Part shown: positions 28,875 to 36,659 of the stretch, in pieces | Position numbering within the stretch: the first letter of the stretch is position 1 | Layout of the letters: each line of letters opens with the position of its first letter | NCBI GenBank assembly: GCA_963664115.2 | Contig: CAXWPJ010000009.1 | Coordinates: 608,001 to 672,000 of the forward strand | Length of the DNA stretch: 64,000 bases | From: Terriglobia bacterium | Lineage (GTDB): Bacteria; Acidobacteriota; Terriglobia; 20CM-2-55-15 | Reading direction: 5' to 3' | Program-made: the position numbers and the translations under genes | Notes under the pieces: generated by a model | What the model was told of the DNA's origin: nothing | Databases searched by the model: none | The model's input: only the letters and a program-made list of their open reading frames with translations

Positions 28875-29096
28875 ATGCAGAACACAGCAGCCACGATTCC
28901 ATGCCCAACGTGCCGGCAGTCTCTTCGCGAGCAGCAAAGCAAGACCGGTAAACCGTATTTCATCTGTGGACCGTGCGGAGCTCAGATCTTTATCCGAATG
29001 CAATACGGAATCGATCTGTTGCACCAGACGGCCAGCGATCAGCAGCACGATCGGACAGAGAATCGGGGATTGGCCCATGCTGGGCCTGGAGTGTAA
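28875..29096 (+). CDS. Small zinc-ribbon protein
   Basis: CPTC-x17-CGPC in SKTGKPYFICGPCGAQIFIR. Confidence 0.7.
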   Translation: MQNTAATIPCPTCRQSLREQQSKTGKPYFICGPCGAQIFIRMQYGIDLLHQTASDQQHDRTENRGLAHAGPGV

Positions 29097-29109
29097 ATAA
29101 CGGGGAAAA

Positions 29110-29142
29110 TGAAAAACGGTGCGCGACAACGCACCGTTTTCA
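29110..29142. terminator. Terminator-like hairpin after the zinc-ribbon gene
   Basis: AAAACGGTGCG-CGACAA-CGCACCGTTTT. Confidence 0.7.
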
Positions 29143-29244
29143 GAGTTCTGAGGGCCAACCCGGTTAGGATCGGTAACAGAAATCAGTAGAAACCGAATTC
29201 TAGCACAGCAGCCTTCAGAGCTTCCCCATAAATAGCCCACAGCG

Positions 29245-29430
29245 GAACACCGTTAAGAACGGTTTCTGACGGTTTTCAGAACGGTTTTTTGAATTGTTTT
29301 GAATCTCGTTGGTTTTCGGAAAAACCGAAATCAAACCGTAGTTCTCTCGGAGTTCCCCTACGGGGAAACTTTTCACGGTGGAAACGGTTGATATTTTTCA
29401 AAATCGTTTCTAACGGAAATTAAACGGAAG
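29245..29430. repeat. AT-rich array of ACGG(TT/AA) direct and inverted repeats
   Basis: GAACGGTTT, GACGGTTTT, GAACGGTTTT, AAACCGT, AAACGGTT, AACGGAA, AAACGGAA. Confidence 0.65.
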
Positions 29431-29445
29431 GAGCGGAGTTTTTAA

Positions 29446-29886
29446 ATGCGAATCAAGATTCCTCTATCTGAAAAGACAGAACAGTTATTACCGACTGGCG
29501 ACTATGTGGCCGAAATCAACGAGGTCTCACCTGGCACCGCGAACACTGGAACCAAGTTCCTGAGAGTAGTCTTCGAGATCGTAGGACCGGATCATGAAGG
29601 CGCTCAGACGGATTGCCAGCTTTACCTAACCGAACGGGCAGCCTGGAAGCTGAACACGCTGCTCGCGGCAGCCGGAGTGGAACCCCAGGGCGACGAGATT
29701 GAGACGGCCGAACTTCTCGGATCGAAACTCCACATTCACGTCAACCAACCGCAGGACTCATCAGGGCAGCCAATGCGACCCGAAGTAACGAGTTTCAGAC
29801 GGTTGGACCCGACCCCGAACGGATCCGAACCGAACGGTCAACCGATTGAAAAACCGAAAATTACGGATGACGACGTTCCGTTCTGA
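29446..29886 (+). CDS. DUF669 family phage-type ssDNA-binding protein
   Basis: LLPTGDYVAEI...FLRVVFEI OB-fold pattern; SSB-like acidic tail DDDVPF; RBS AAGGAG. Confidence 0.8.
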   Translation: MRIKIPLSEKTEQLLPTGDYVAEINEVSPGTANTGTKFLRVVFEIVGPDHEGAQTDCQLYLTERAAWKLNTLLAAAGVEPQGDEIETAELLGSKLHIHVNQPQDSSGQPMRPEVTSFRRLDPTPNGSEPNGQPIEKPKITDDDVPF

Positions 29887-29898
29887 AACGGAACTCTG

Positions 29899-29956
29899 CG
29901 TGGCGTAGCGGCAAATGGAGCCGCAGCGGTACCGGTTCGATTCCGGGCGCTCACGA
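29899..29956 (+). ncRNA. tRNA-like element lacking an anticodon arm
   Basis: Acceptor CGTGGCG/CGC(T)CACG, TA linker, D-arm GCGGC-AAATGGA-GCCGC, 6-nt linker, T-arm CCGG-TTCGATT-CCGG, discriminator A. Confidence 0.6.
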
Positions 29957-30146
29957 ATGCCTGTCCTCCGGCCCGGTTAACCATTCCACGAGTGGGCAAC
30001 GGGGTCTGGCCGACGACGACCCACGACGGCGAACGGCATGCTGGTGCCGGATGGATGGGCGGCCCGGGGGTCCCAGGGGGCAGCGCCCCTTGGTGACCAC
30101 TCGGACACGACGAGTGGAGCGATGGCCAGAACAAGGCGAAACCGGG

Positions 30147-30182
30147 CACACCGGGGGCTATTGCTAGTAAGCCCCCGGTGTG
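30147..30182. other. Candidate double-strand origin hairpin for rolling-circle replication
   Basis: 13-bp perfect stem CACACCGGGGGCT/AGCCCCCGGTGTG with loop ATTGCTAGTA, 23 bp before rep. Confidence 0.55.
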
Positions 30183-30205
30183 TCTCAAAACGGAAACGAA
30201 ACACG

Positions 30206-30826
30206 ATGAAACGGAACAAAACTCAACAAATCGAGACGTTCAAGGGAATCGACGATCCCGAGGAATCTCCGCAGTATGTGGGCGGGCAGTGGCGCGAAAG
30301 GATGAGTGGGGGAACCGACCTGAAAGTGGAAGCACATCCTCCACACAACCATGAAGCTCGGCAGCGCATGAACGCAGAAATTCCGGATGAAATGGGACCT
30401 TGGCTCGAAGGCCTTGCGCCCTGGGACTGGTTCTCGACCTATACGTTCAGCCGCCTTGCGACCGCCGAAGGCGCACACACGATGTTTCGGAAGCACCTCA
30501 AGTGGCTCGAACTGAAAGCGGGTCAACCCGTCTATGCGTTTCGTGCAGACGAGTACGGTGCGTTAAACGGTCGTTTTCACCTCCACGCACTGATCGGCAA
30601 TGTCGCGCGTTTAACCCCATGGTGTGGCGAGAAATTGCCACCTGGAACCTGGGGTCTTCCCTGTTGCGGGGTTCACGGATGGCCCTGCGGCCACGCTCGA
30701 GTGCTGCCCTACGATCCCGAGATCGGCGCCGGAGGCTACGTCGCCAAGTACATCACGAAGGAACTCGGCGACTTCGAATTGATTGGCTTCCCGGCGTCCC
30801 CTCAACCCGTACTTCAAAGTGGGTAA
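30206..30826 (+). CDS. HUH endonuclease, rolling-circle replication initiator (Rep)
   Basis: Motif I WFSTYTF, motif II FHLHALI, motif III YVAKY; start uncertain. Confidence 0.82.
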   Translation: MKRNKTQQIETFKGIDDPEESPQYVGGQWRERMSGGTDLKVEAHPPHNHEARQRMNAEIPDEMGPWLEGLAPWDWFSTYTFSRLATAEGAHTMFRKHLKWLELKAGQPVYAFRADEYGALNGRFHLHALIGNVARLTPWCGEKLPPGTWGLPCCGVHGWPCGHARVLPYDPEIGAGGYVAKYITKELGDFELIGFPASPQPVLQSG

Positions 30827-30830
30827 GCCG

Positions 30831-31457
30831 ATGTCAACAAAGCCGCGACATCAATCAGACCCGTTGTTGGACCCGGACGACGTCATCCAATGGCCTCCAA
30901 CCTCCGAGACAGATGAGCAGGCAGTTCTATTGGTAACGCCCACTCTGATTGAACGTCGTGCCGCCGTTGACGAGGATTTCCGTTCGCGGGTATTCGGGAC
31001 CGACCAAGCTGTCATGGATACGCTTGCCCGTGCAGCGATGGAAGCGGGCATGTCTCTGATGGATCTAATTCATTCGGAGCTTGGCAAGTCAAAGTCAGAC
31101 AGAATCACAACCGTTTTGAAGGAAACACTCAAGCGTATCTACGATGCCGAAAAACATCGCTTGGCGCGTCGACGGGAAGTCGAGCGGATCCGGAGATCGC
31201 GTCCGGGACGCGTCGTAATCAAAGGCCTCCCACTCAAACGATTCTACCGAGTCCGCCGAAGGTTGCTCGACAGTTGGTCCAACACGGAGCATTTTCTGAA
31301 CGAAGCGCAATGCGACCTAGAGCAGGAAAACGGACCACACGTGAAGCTTGTCACCATGTACCGGTACGGCGGACCAAGGATCAATGTGGTCGCCGTGTTC
31401 CAGGTCGATGCCCCTGAGGAGGTAGTTCGAAATGGCAAAGAAGAAACGGAAGGATAA
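30831..31457 (+). CDS. Hypothetical protein of the integrative element
   Basis: 208-aa ORF 4 bp after the rep stop; basic central helix. Confidence 0.65.
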   Translation: MSTKPRHQSDPLLDPDDVIQWPPTSETDEQAVLLVTPTLIERRAAVDEDFRSRVFGTDQAVMDTLARAAMEAGMSLMDLIHSELGKSKSDRITTVLKETLKRIYDAEKHRLARRREVERIRRSRPGRVVIKGLPLKRFYRVRRRLLDSWSNTEHFLNEAQCDLEQENGPHVKLVTMYRYGGPRINVVAVFQVDAPEEVVRNGKEETEG

Positions 31458-31611
31458 GAAGAAACGGAAGACCCGATCTGTCAGTCTCGAAGGTTTCGAG
31501 ATCGGAACCGCAGAATGGTTTCCAGATTGTGAACCGACAACTTACGTCGACGGCTTCCCGGCCTACTGGATCGACGGAAAGTTGGTGATCTATATCCCCC
31601 TGGTCGCGTAA
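31432..31611 (+). CDS. 59-aa basic protein (not in ORF track)
   Basis: RBS GAGGAGGT; MAKKKRKDKKKRKTR...; stop abuts the excisionase ATG. Confidence 0.7.
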   Translation: MAKKKRKDKKKRKTRSVSLEGFEIGTAEWFPDCEPTTYVDGFPAYWIDGKLVIYIPLVA

Positions 31612-31860
31612 ATGATCGGCAAACCCATCGCACTCATCCAAGTCCCAAACCAGCGACTCTTTAGCGTCCGAGCCGCAGCCCAATACCTGGGGATCCATGA
31701 ACAGACTCTCCGAAAGCTAACGGAAGAGGGTGAGGTCCGGGCACGCCGATCAGGAAGCCGGCGCGTGTATGCGCTGGAGGATCTGGATTCCTACGTCGCA
31801 TCGCTTCCTGAGTGGTACGATGCCGGCGGCGAAGAATCCGGGACAGAAGGGAGGTCCTAG
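31612..31860 (+). CDS. Excisionase / HTH_17 DNA-binding protein
   Basis: FSVRAAAQYLGIHEQTLRKL...GEVRARR..SRRVY..EDLD. Confidence 0.85.
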   Translation: MIGKPIALIQVPNQRLFSVRAAAQYLGIHEQTLRKLTEEGEVRARRSGSRRVYALEDLDSYVASLPEWYDAGGEESGTEGRS

Positions 31861-32952
31861 ATGGGAATTCTTCGCAGGCGAGACCAATCCGGCGGTAACC
31901 GGATTGAACTCTCGAAGCGATGGCCGGACGGGTCCCGGTTCCGGCGTTACTTTCCAAACAAAACGATGGCAGCAAAGACGCTGGCCAGGATTGAAGAATC
32001 CATCGCCATGGGCACATGGCGCAAGCTCAAGGACGAGCTCAAACGTGGGATCGGAGACGATCTCACTATCAACCAATTGGCCGATCTTTACTTCGAATGC
32101 TACTGCAAGGTACAGAACAAACGACCCGAATTCAAGAAATACGCGCTGAAGCCGATCCGAGCCAAGCTCGGCAACGTTACGGTACGTTATCTACGTCGGG
32201 CAGACGTTTACGACTTTGTGCGGCAACGTTCGAAAGAGGTCGCGCCAGCAACGGTCAATCGAAGCGTGGGAGTGCTTAAGAACATGCTCACGTTCGCTCT
32301 GGATAACGAACTGATCGACCAACATCCCCTCATTCGGTTCCGCATGCTTCGCGAGGAGCCGAGGGCTATTCGCGTTCTAACGGTAGCCGAGGAACGTTGT
32401 TTGATCGATTCCATCGCTAACCCAACGATCGCCAGTTACGTTGCAATCCTGGGTGAAACCGGACTCCGCAAGGAGGAAGGGCTGAGTCTACGTTGGGCAA
32501 ACGTTAATCTGGTCGATCGAATGCTTTCGGTGGAACATACCAAGAGCGGTCGTCCACGTTACGTCCCCTTATCTGAGTTTGCGATCGAGCACCTTGGATC
32601 GTTGGTCCGACTGATCGATTGTCCCTATGTGTTCGTTAATCTCAAGACTGGCACCCGATGGAACGATCCGCGGGAGCCGTTTGAGGCCGGTAAGGAGAAA
32701 GCCGGCCTCTCCTGGGTCGGATTCCATGATCTGAGGCGCTACCGGGCGACTCAGTGGGTCCGCCAGGGGGTCGATCTCAAGACGGTGCAGGAACTATTGG
32801 GTCATGCCGACATTCAAACCACGATGCGGTATGCCCATTTCTCACCGGACCATGCCATTCAGAAAATCCGTTCCGTACAGCGATCTGAACAAGAAAACTG
32901 GGAGTTGGAGCGGGCGAAAAGCGGGAGGCGAATCCGAAGTGAGAGTCTTTGA
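31861..32952 (+). CDS. Tyrosine recombinase (phage integrase family)
   Basis: TGLRKEE, TKSG, FHDLRR, LLGH, TTMRY catalytic R-K-H-R-H-Y. Confidence 0.95.
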   Translation: MGILRRRDQSGGNRIELSKRWPDGSRFRRYFPNKTMAAKTLARIEESIAMGTWRKLKDELKRGIGDDLTINQLADLYFECYCKVQNKRPEFKKYALKPIRAKLGNVTVRYLRRADVYDFVRQRSKEVAPATVNRSVGVLKNMLTFALDNELIDQHPLIRFRMLREEPRAIRVLTVAEERCLIDSIANPTIASYVAILGETGLRKEEGLSLRWANVNLVDRMLSVEHTKSGRPRYVPLSEFAIEHLGSLVRLIDCPYVFVNLKTGTRWNDPREPFEAGKEKAGLSWVGFHDLRRYRATQWVRQGVDLKTVQELLGHADIQTTMRYAHFSPDHAIQKIRSVQRSEQENWELERAKSGRRIRSESL

Positions 32953-32979
32953 GAGGCGTAAAAGGGCTGTAACTCGTTA

Positions 32980-33063
32980 TGCCGAAAAGAAGATTCGAAC
33001 TTCCACGGGGTTGCCCCCACTAGATTCTGAGTCTAGCGCGTCTGCCAGTTCCGCCATTTCGGC
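32980..33063 (-). tRNA. tRNA-Leu(CAG)
   Basis: GCCGAAA acceptor, CTAGA-CTCAGAA-TCTAG anticodon arm, long variable arm, TTCGAAT loop; no encoded CCA. Confidence 0.95.
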
Positions 33064-33151
33064 CTATCTATTCAATTTAAATGGCCGCAACTGCGAAGTC
33101 AACCGAAGGCGGGGTTTGTAAAGCGCTTCCGGATGTGACACAAGTGAGGGC

Positions 33152-35335
33152 GTGGCACGCAGGAAATCGCCGGCCAGAAAAGCGGCGGCTAGGAAATCCC
33201 CAGCAAGGTTGCACAGCAGGGACTTCTCCAGGGAAGTGCTCCTCGACTACATCCGCAACCAAGCGGATCGGTCCGCAGGCTTCCGTCGTATTCTCGATGA
33301 CTTCGGCGCCGACAAGACCGATCGCAAACAGATCAAGGACATCCTCGATCAACTTGTCAAAGAAGATAAGCTCACCCGGCACAAAGGGAACCGATACGAG
33401 GCACCTCCGGCTCTCTCTCTGTACCGAGGGCGTATCTCGCTCCACGCAGACGGTTATGGCTTCGTTATGCCCGAGGAAAAGATTCCAGGCATAAGCGGCG
33501 ACATATTCATTCCCCCGTCAAAAACCGCTTCGTCGATGGACGGCGACCGGGTGGCCGTTGCGATCACGTTCCCAAAGAAAGCCGAAGGCCGCGTCGTACG
33601 GGTCGAAGAACGTGCCCGAACGAAAGTCGTCGGACAACTCCGATACGATGGGCGCGTCTACTTTCTTTCGCCGGCCGACGAAAAGCTTCCGGACAAGATC
33701 TTGATCAAAGGCGAGGTGAGCGAACACAAAGACAAGATTATCGAAATCGAGTTGACACGATTCGGTTCCGAGTCCGTTTGGCCCGCAGGAGAACTGGTTT
33801 CGGTGCTCGGCTTCATCGACGATCCCGATGTCGAAACAAGCATCATCATCAAAAAGTATGGCCTAAGGGTCAAGTTTCCTGAAGCGGTGGAAGAAGAAGT
33901 TTCACAACTACCGCTGACGCTGACCGACACTGATATTGCTGCACGGGACGATTTTCGGGACAGAGAAACGATAACCATCGATCCGGCGACGGCGCGCGAT
34001 TTTGACGATGCCGTCGACGTCGGGCAACTCGCGGACGGTGGATTCCGTCTGGGTGTTCACATCGCCGACGTCGCCCACTTCGTCGCTCCCGGTTCCGCTA
34101 CCGATAATGACGCGCGGGAACGCAGCTGTTCGGTCTATTTCCCCGATCGCGTCGTACCGATGCTGCCGGAGCGGATTTCAAACGATATCTGCTCGCTCAA
34201 TCCTCGTACGGATCGGCTGACGATGAGCGTCGTCCTGGACATTGGGACGGACGGAGCGATTCGCGGTCAGTCGTTTCACGAAAGCGTGATTCGTTCCGAC
34301 GAACGCATGGACTACGAAACCGTCCAGAAGATTCTGGACCGCGATACAGGACTGAGAAAGCGGCACCGACGGGTCGTCGGAACAATAGAGTTGCTCGAAA
34401 CGGTTGCGCGTCTGCTACTCGAACGCCGGACCAGGCAAGGAACCATTGGCTTCGACCTGCCGGAACCCGAACTGACCTATAACAATGAGGGAGGGGTCGA
34501 AAGCATCGTAAAGGCCGAGCACTACTTTTCCCATCGTATGATCGAAGAGTTCATGATCGCGGCGAACGAGGCCGTTGCGCGACTGCTCGAAACCGAAATG
34601 CCGGCGACAATCTTCCGCATTCATGAACGTCCCGATCCGGCCAAGGTCAGCGAGTTGGGCGAAACTCTCGCGTCGTTGGGTTTACGGTTTCGACCCCGCA
34701 AATTGACGCCTCGCGCTTTCCAGCAGTTCTTGAGTTCCATCGAGGGCCGGCCCGACGAGCGGATGATCTCGTTTCTCGTGCTGCGCTCCTTCAAACAAGC
34801 CGTCTATTCCACGAACAACGCGGGCCATTTCGGATTGGCCTCGGCCAGTTATACGCACTTCACCTCACCCATTAGAAGATATCCGGACCTGGTTGTGCAT
34901 CGCCTGCTCAAGACTTACCTGTCCGGGCGGCGGCGTTGGGGTTATTCACTCGTCGAACTCGACGCGATGGCGGCCACGTCCAGCCGAAGAGAACGTATCG
35001 CGGATCAGGCCGAGCGCGACCTCTTCGAATGGAAAAGGATGACATTGCTCGAAGCACACCTTGGCGACACGCTCGATGCAATCATCGTCAGTGTTTGGGG
35101 GAAGGGCGTCCGTGTGGAGCTTGTGGACTACTTTATAGAAGGCCTGGTGTCTGTAGATGACATGGATGACGACTACTACGATTTCGATGCCCGGTCGCAC
35201 ACGCTCATCGGCCGCGGGACCCGGAGAAAGTACCGACTCGGACAAAGGATCCGTGTTCGCGTTGCGCGCGTGGATAAGCTGTTGGGCCGCGCGTATTTCC
35301 TGCCGGTACTGGCCAAGGCTAATCGCTCCGATTAG
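33152..35335 (+). CDS. rnr: Ribonuclease R
   Basis: TIDPATARDFDDA, HFTSPIRRYPDL, C-terminal S1 domain. Confidence 0.95.
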   Translation: MARRKSPARKAAARKSPARLHSRDFSREVLLDYIRNQADRSAGFRRILDDFGADKTDRKQIKDILDQLVKEDKLTRHKGNRYEAPPALSLYRGRISLHADGYGFVMPEEKIPGISGDIFIPPSKTASSMDGDRVAVAITFPKKAEGRVVRVEERARTKVVGQLRYDGRVYFLSPADEKLPDKILIKGEVSEHKDKIIEIELTRFGSESVWPAGELVSVLGFIDDPDVETSIIIKKYGLRVKFPEAVEEEVSQLPLTLTDTDIAARDDFRDRETITIDPATARDFDDAVDVGQLADGGFRLGVHIADVAHFVAPGSATDNDARERSCSVYFPDRVVPMLPERISNDICSLNPRTDRLTMSVVLDIGTDGAIRGQSFHESVIRSDERMDYETVQKILDRDTGLRKRHRRVVGTIELLETVARLLLERRTRQGTIGFDLPEPELTYNNEGGVESIVKAEHYFSHRMIEEFMIAANEAVARLLETEMPATIFRIHERPDPAKVSELGETLASLGLRFRPRKLTPRAFQQFLSSIEGRPDERMISFLVLRSFKQAVYSTNNAGHFGLASASYTHFTSPIRRYPDLVVHRLLKTYLSGRRRWGYSLVELDAMAATSSRRERIADQAERDLFEWKRMTLLEAHLGDTLDAIIVSVWGKGVRVELVDYFIEGLVSVDDMDDDYYDFDARSHTLIGRGTRRKYRLGQRIRVRVARVDKLLGRAYFLPVLAKANRSD

Positions 35336-35356
35336 AATAGGGTGTTTGCTTGCCTA

Positions 35357-35429
35357 GCCGGCGTAGCTCAGAGGTTAGAGCGAAGGTCTCATAATCCTTA
35401 GGTCGGTGGTTCGAGTCCACCCGCCGGCA
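35357..35429 (+). tRNA. tRNA with CAT anticodon (elongator Met or Ile2)
   Basis: GCCGGCG acceptor, CTCATAA loop, GGTGG-TTCGAGT-CCACC. Confidence 0.92.
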
Positions 35430-35692
35430 TTAACGCGAGAGTCCCCCGGCCGCATGTCTCGACAGTGGGCTCGCACGGCGAGTGGAAAGCGCTGCACGAA
35501 GACGGGCACGGACTTAACACGGTCTGCGCCCTTTTTTGGGCAGACCTTGTTGATGTGTAGAAATGCGGAGTGAGATCTCAAATTGCGACACTCGGCAGGC
35601 GATCGGCCCGTTTCCGCGCTGATCGCCCGCCTCGTGGGAGATCTGAGGTAGCGCTAGTATTAACCGCCTCTCAGACAGAACAGGTCCAACCC

Positions 35693-36358
35693 TCAAGTTT
35701 TCTGCCCAGACACGAACAATCGCTCCATCTCGGAAGGTTCGGCGAACCAATGATCAGGATTATGAGGTTCGAGAGCTTCACGCACGAACGGTCCCCAGAG
35801 CGCCGCTCCGGTTTGTACACCGGCTGCGCGGCCGCAGGCCATGTCGTGCGGTGAATCGCCCACGAACACAGCCCGTTCAGCGGTAACATTCAAATTTTCG
35901 AGTGCTTTCAACACGGGCTCGGCGTGTGGCTTCGGGTTCCGCACGTCATCAGCCCCGATCAGGACCTCGAAGAGCCCGTCATAACCACCCAGCGCCAGCC
36001 CCCGTTCGAGCCCGCCGTGCATCTTGCTGGCGACCACGCCCAAACGATAGCCCGCTCCGTGTAAGGCCTTCACCGCATCGCACACCCCGGGATACTCCCT
36101 GACGAGATCGTCATGATGTTCCAAATTGTGTTCCATGTAGGTAGCTATCAGCGACTGGATCTCGTCCGGATCTTCCGTAAACTGGCGGAACTGGACCCGA
36201 AGCGGAATACCGATGTTCTGGCGCCACGCTTGCTCGGAAACCGGGTCGAGGCCGTGCACCCGAACGGTATGGCGATAACTTTCGAGGATGAGTTCGACGG
36301 TGTCGATGAGAGTGCCGTCGAGATCGAAGAGAACGGTTGTGATTGAAGAATGCCTCAT
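35693..36358 (-). CDS. HAD family hydrolase (PpaX/Gph-like)
   Basis: FDLDGTLID, KPHAEP, VGDSPHD. Confidence 0.9.
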   Translation of the reverse strand: MRHSSITTVLFDLDGTLIDTVELILESYRHTVRVHGLDPVSEQAWRQNIGIPLRVQFRQFTEDPDEIQSLIATYMEHNLEHHDDLVREYPGVCDAVKALHGAGYRLGVVASKMHGGLERGLALGGYDGLFEVLIGADDVRNPKPHAEPVLKALENLNVTAERAVFVGDSPHDMACGRAAGVQTGAALWGPFVREALEPHNPDHWFAEPSEMERLFVSGQKT

Positions 36359-36387
36359 CCGGTGATCTATCCGGTTATTCTTTCCCT

Positions 36388-36573
36388 ATGCCCTGCAAGT
36401 GCATCCAAGTAAGCAAAGTCCCTCTCCCCGGAAAGTCGGGAGTATACCAGTACACGTTCAAGTGCACGACCAGCGACGGACGCACGAAGAAGGCCGTTCT
36501 CGCCGAATCCGACGACCGGCGCGCCCGGATGGTCGCAGAAATCAAATGCGAACAGGTCACTGCCCGAGAGTGA
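36388..36573 (+). CDS. Small Cys-containing hypothetical protein
   Basis: MPCKC...FKC...IKCE; TATTCT 6 nt before ATG. Confidence 0.5.
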   Translation: MPCKCIQVSKVPLPGKSGVYQYTFKCTTSDGRTKKAVLAESDDRRARMVAEIKCEQVTARE

Positions 36574-36574
36574 G

Positions 36575-36610
36575 GGGAATTCGGGATATAGGGCTCTGAC
36601 CCCAATTCCC
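36575..36610. repeat. REP-like repeat, single arm (ATAGGGCTCTGACCCC)
   Basis: Same unit as the inverted pair at 40057-40146. Confidence 0.65.
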
Positions 36611-36659
36611 AACGTATTGATAACACGGCGTACTTGCATCATAATCGTTTCAATCAACC

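Larger units (their letters stand above)
26090..32979. mobile_element. Integrative rolling-circle element adjacent to the tRNA-Leu 3' end (left boundary uncertain)
   Basis: Integrase and excisionase abut tRNA-Leu; HUH Rep, DUF669 and activator genes; interrupts housekeeping context. Confidence 0.8.

Noticed and set aside
29245-29430. Possible CRISPR-like array
   Set aside because: Repeats are 6-9 bp, degenerate and lack unique spacers
30038-30205. N-terminal extension of Rep given by the ORF track
   Set aside because: It crosses the hairpin-rich origin-like region; a later start is more plausible
31440-31470. AAGAAACGGAAG direct repeat as a binding site
   Set aside because: Explained by the repeated KKKRK coding sequence of the 59-aa ORF
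26084-33067. 10-bp direct repeat TTCGGCCTAT at 26084 and 33058 as attL/attR
   Set aside because: It overlaps the tRNA 5' end, so excision would delete the tRNA; the match is short enough to be chance
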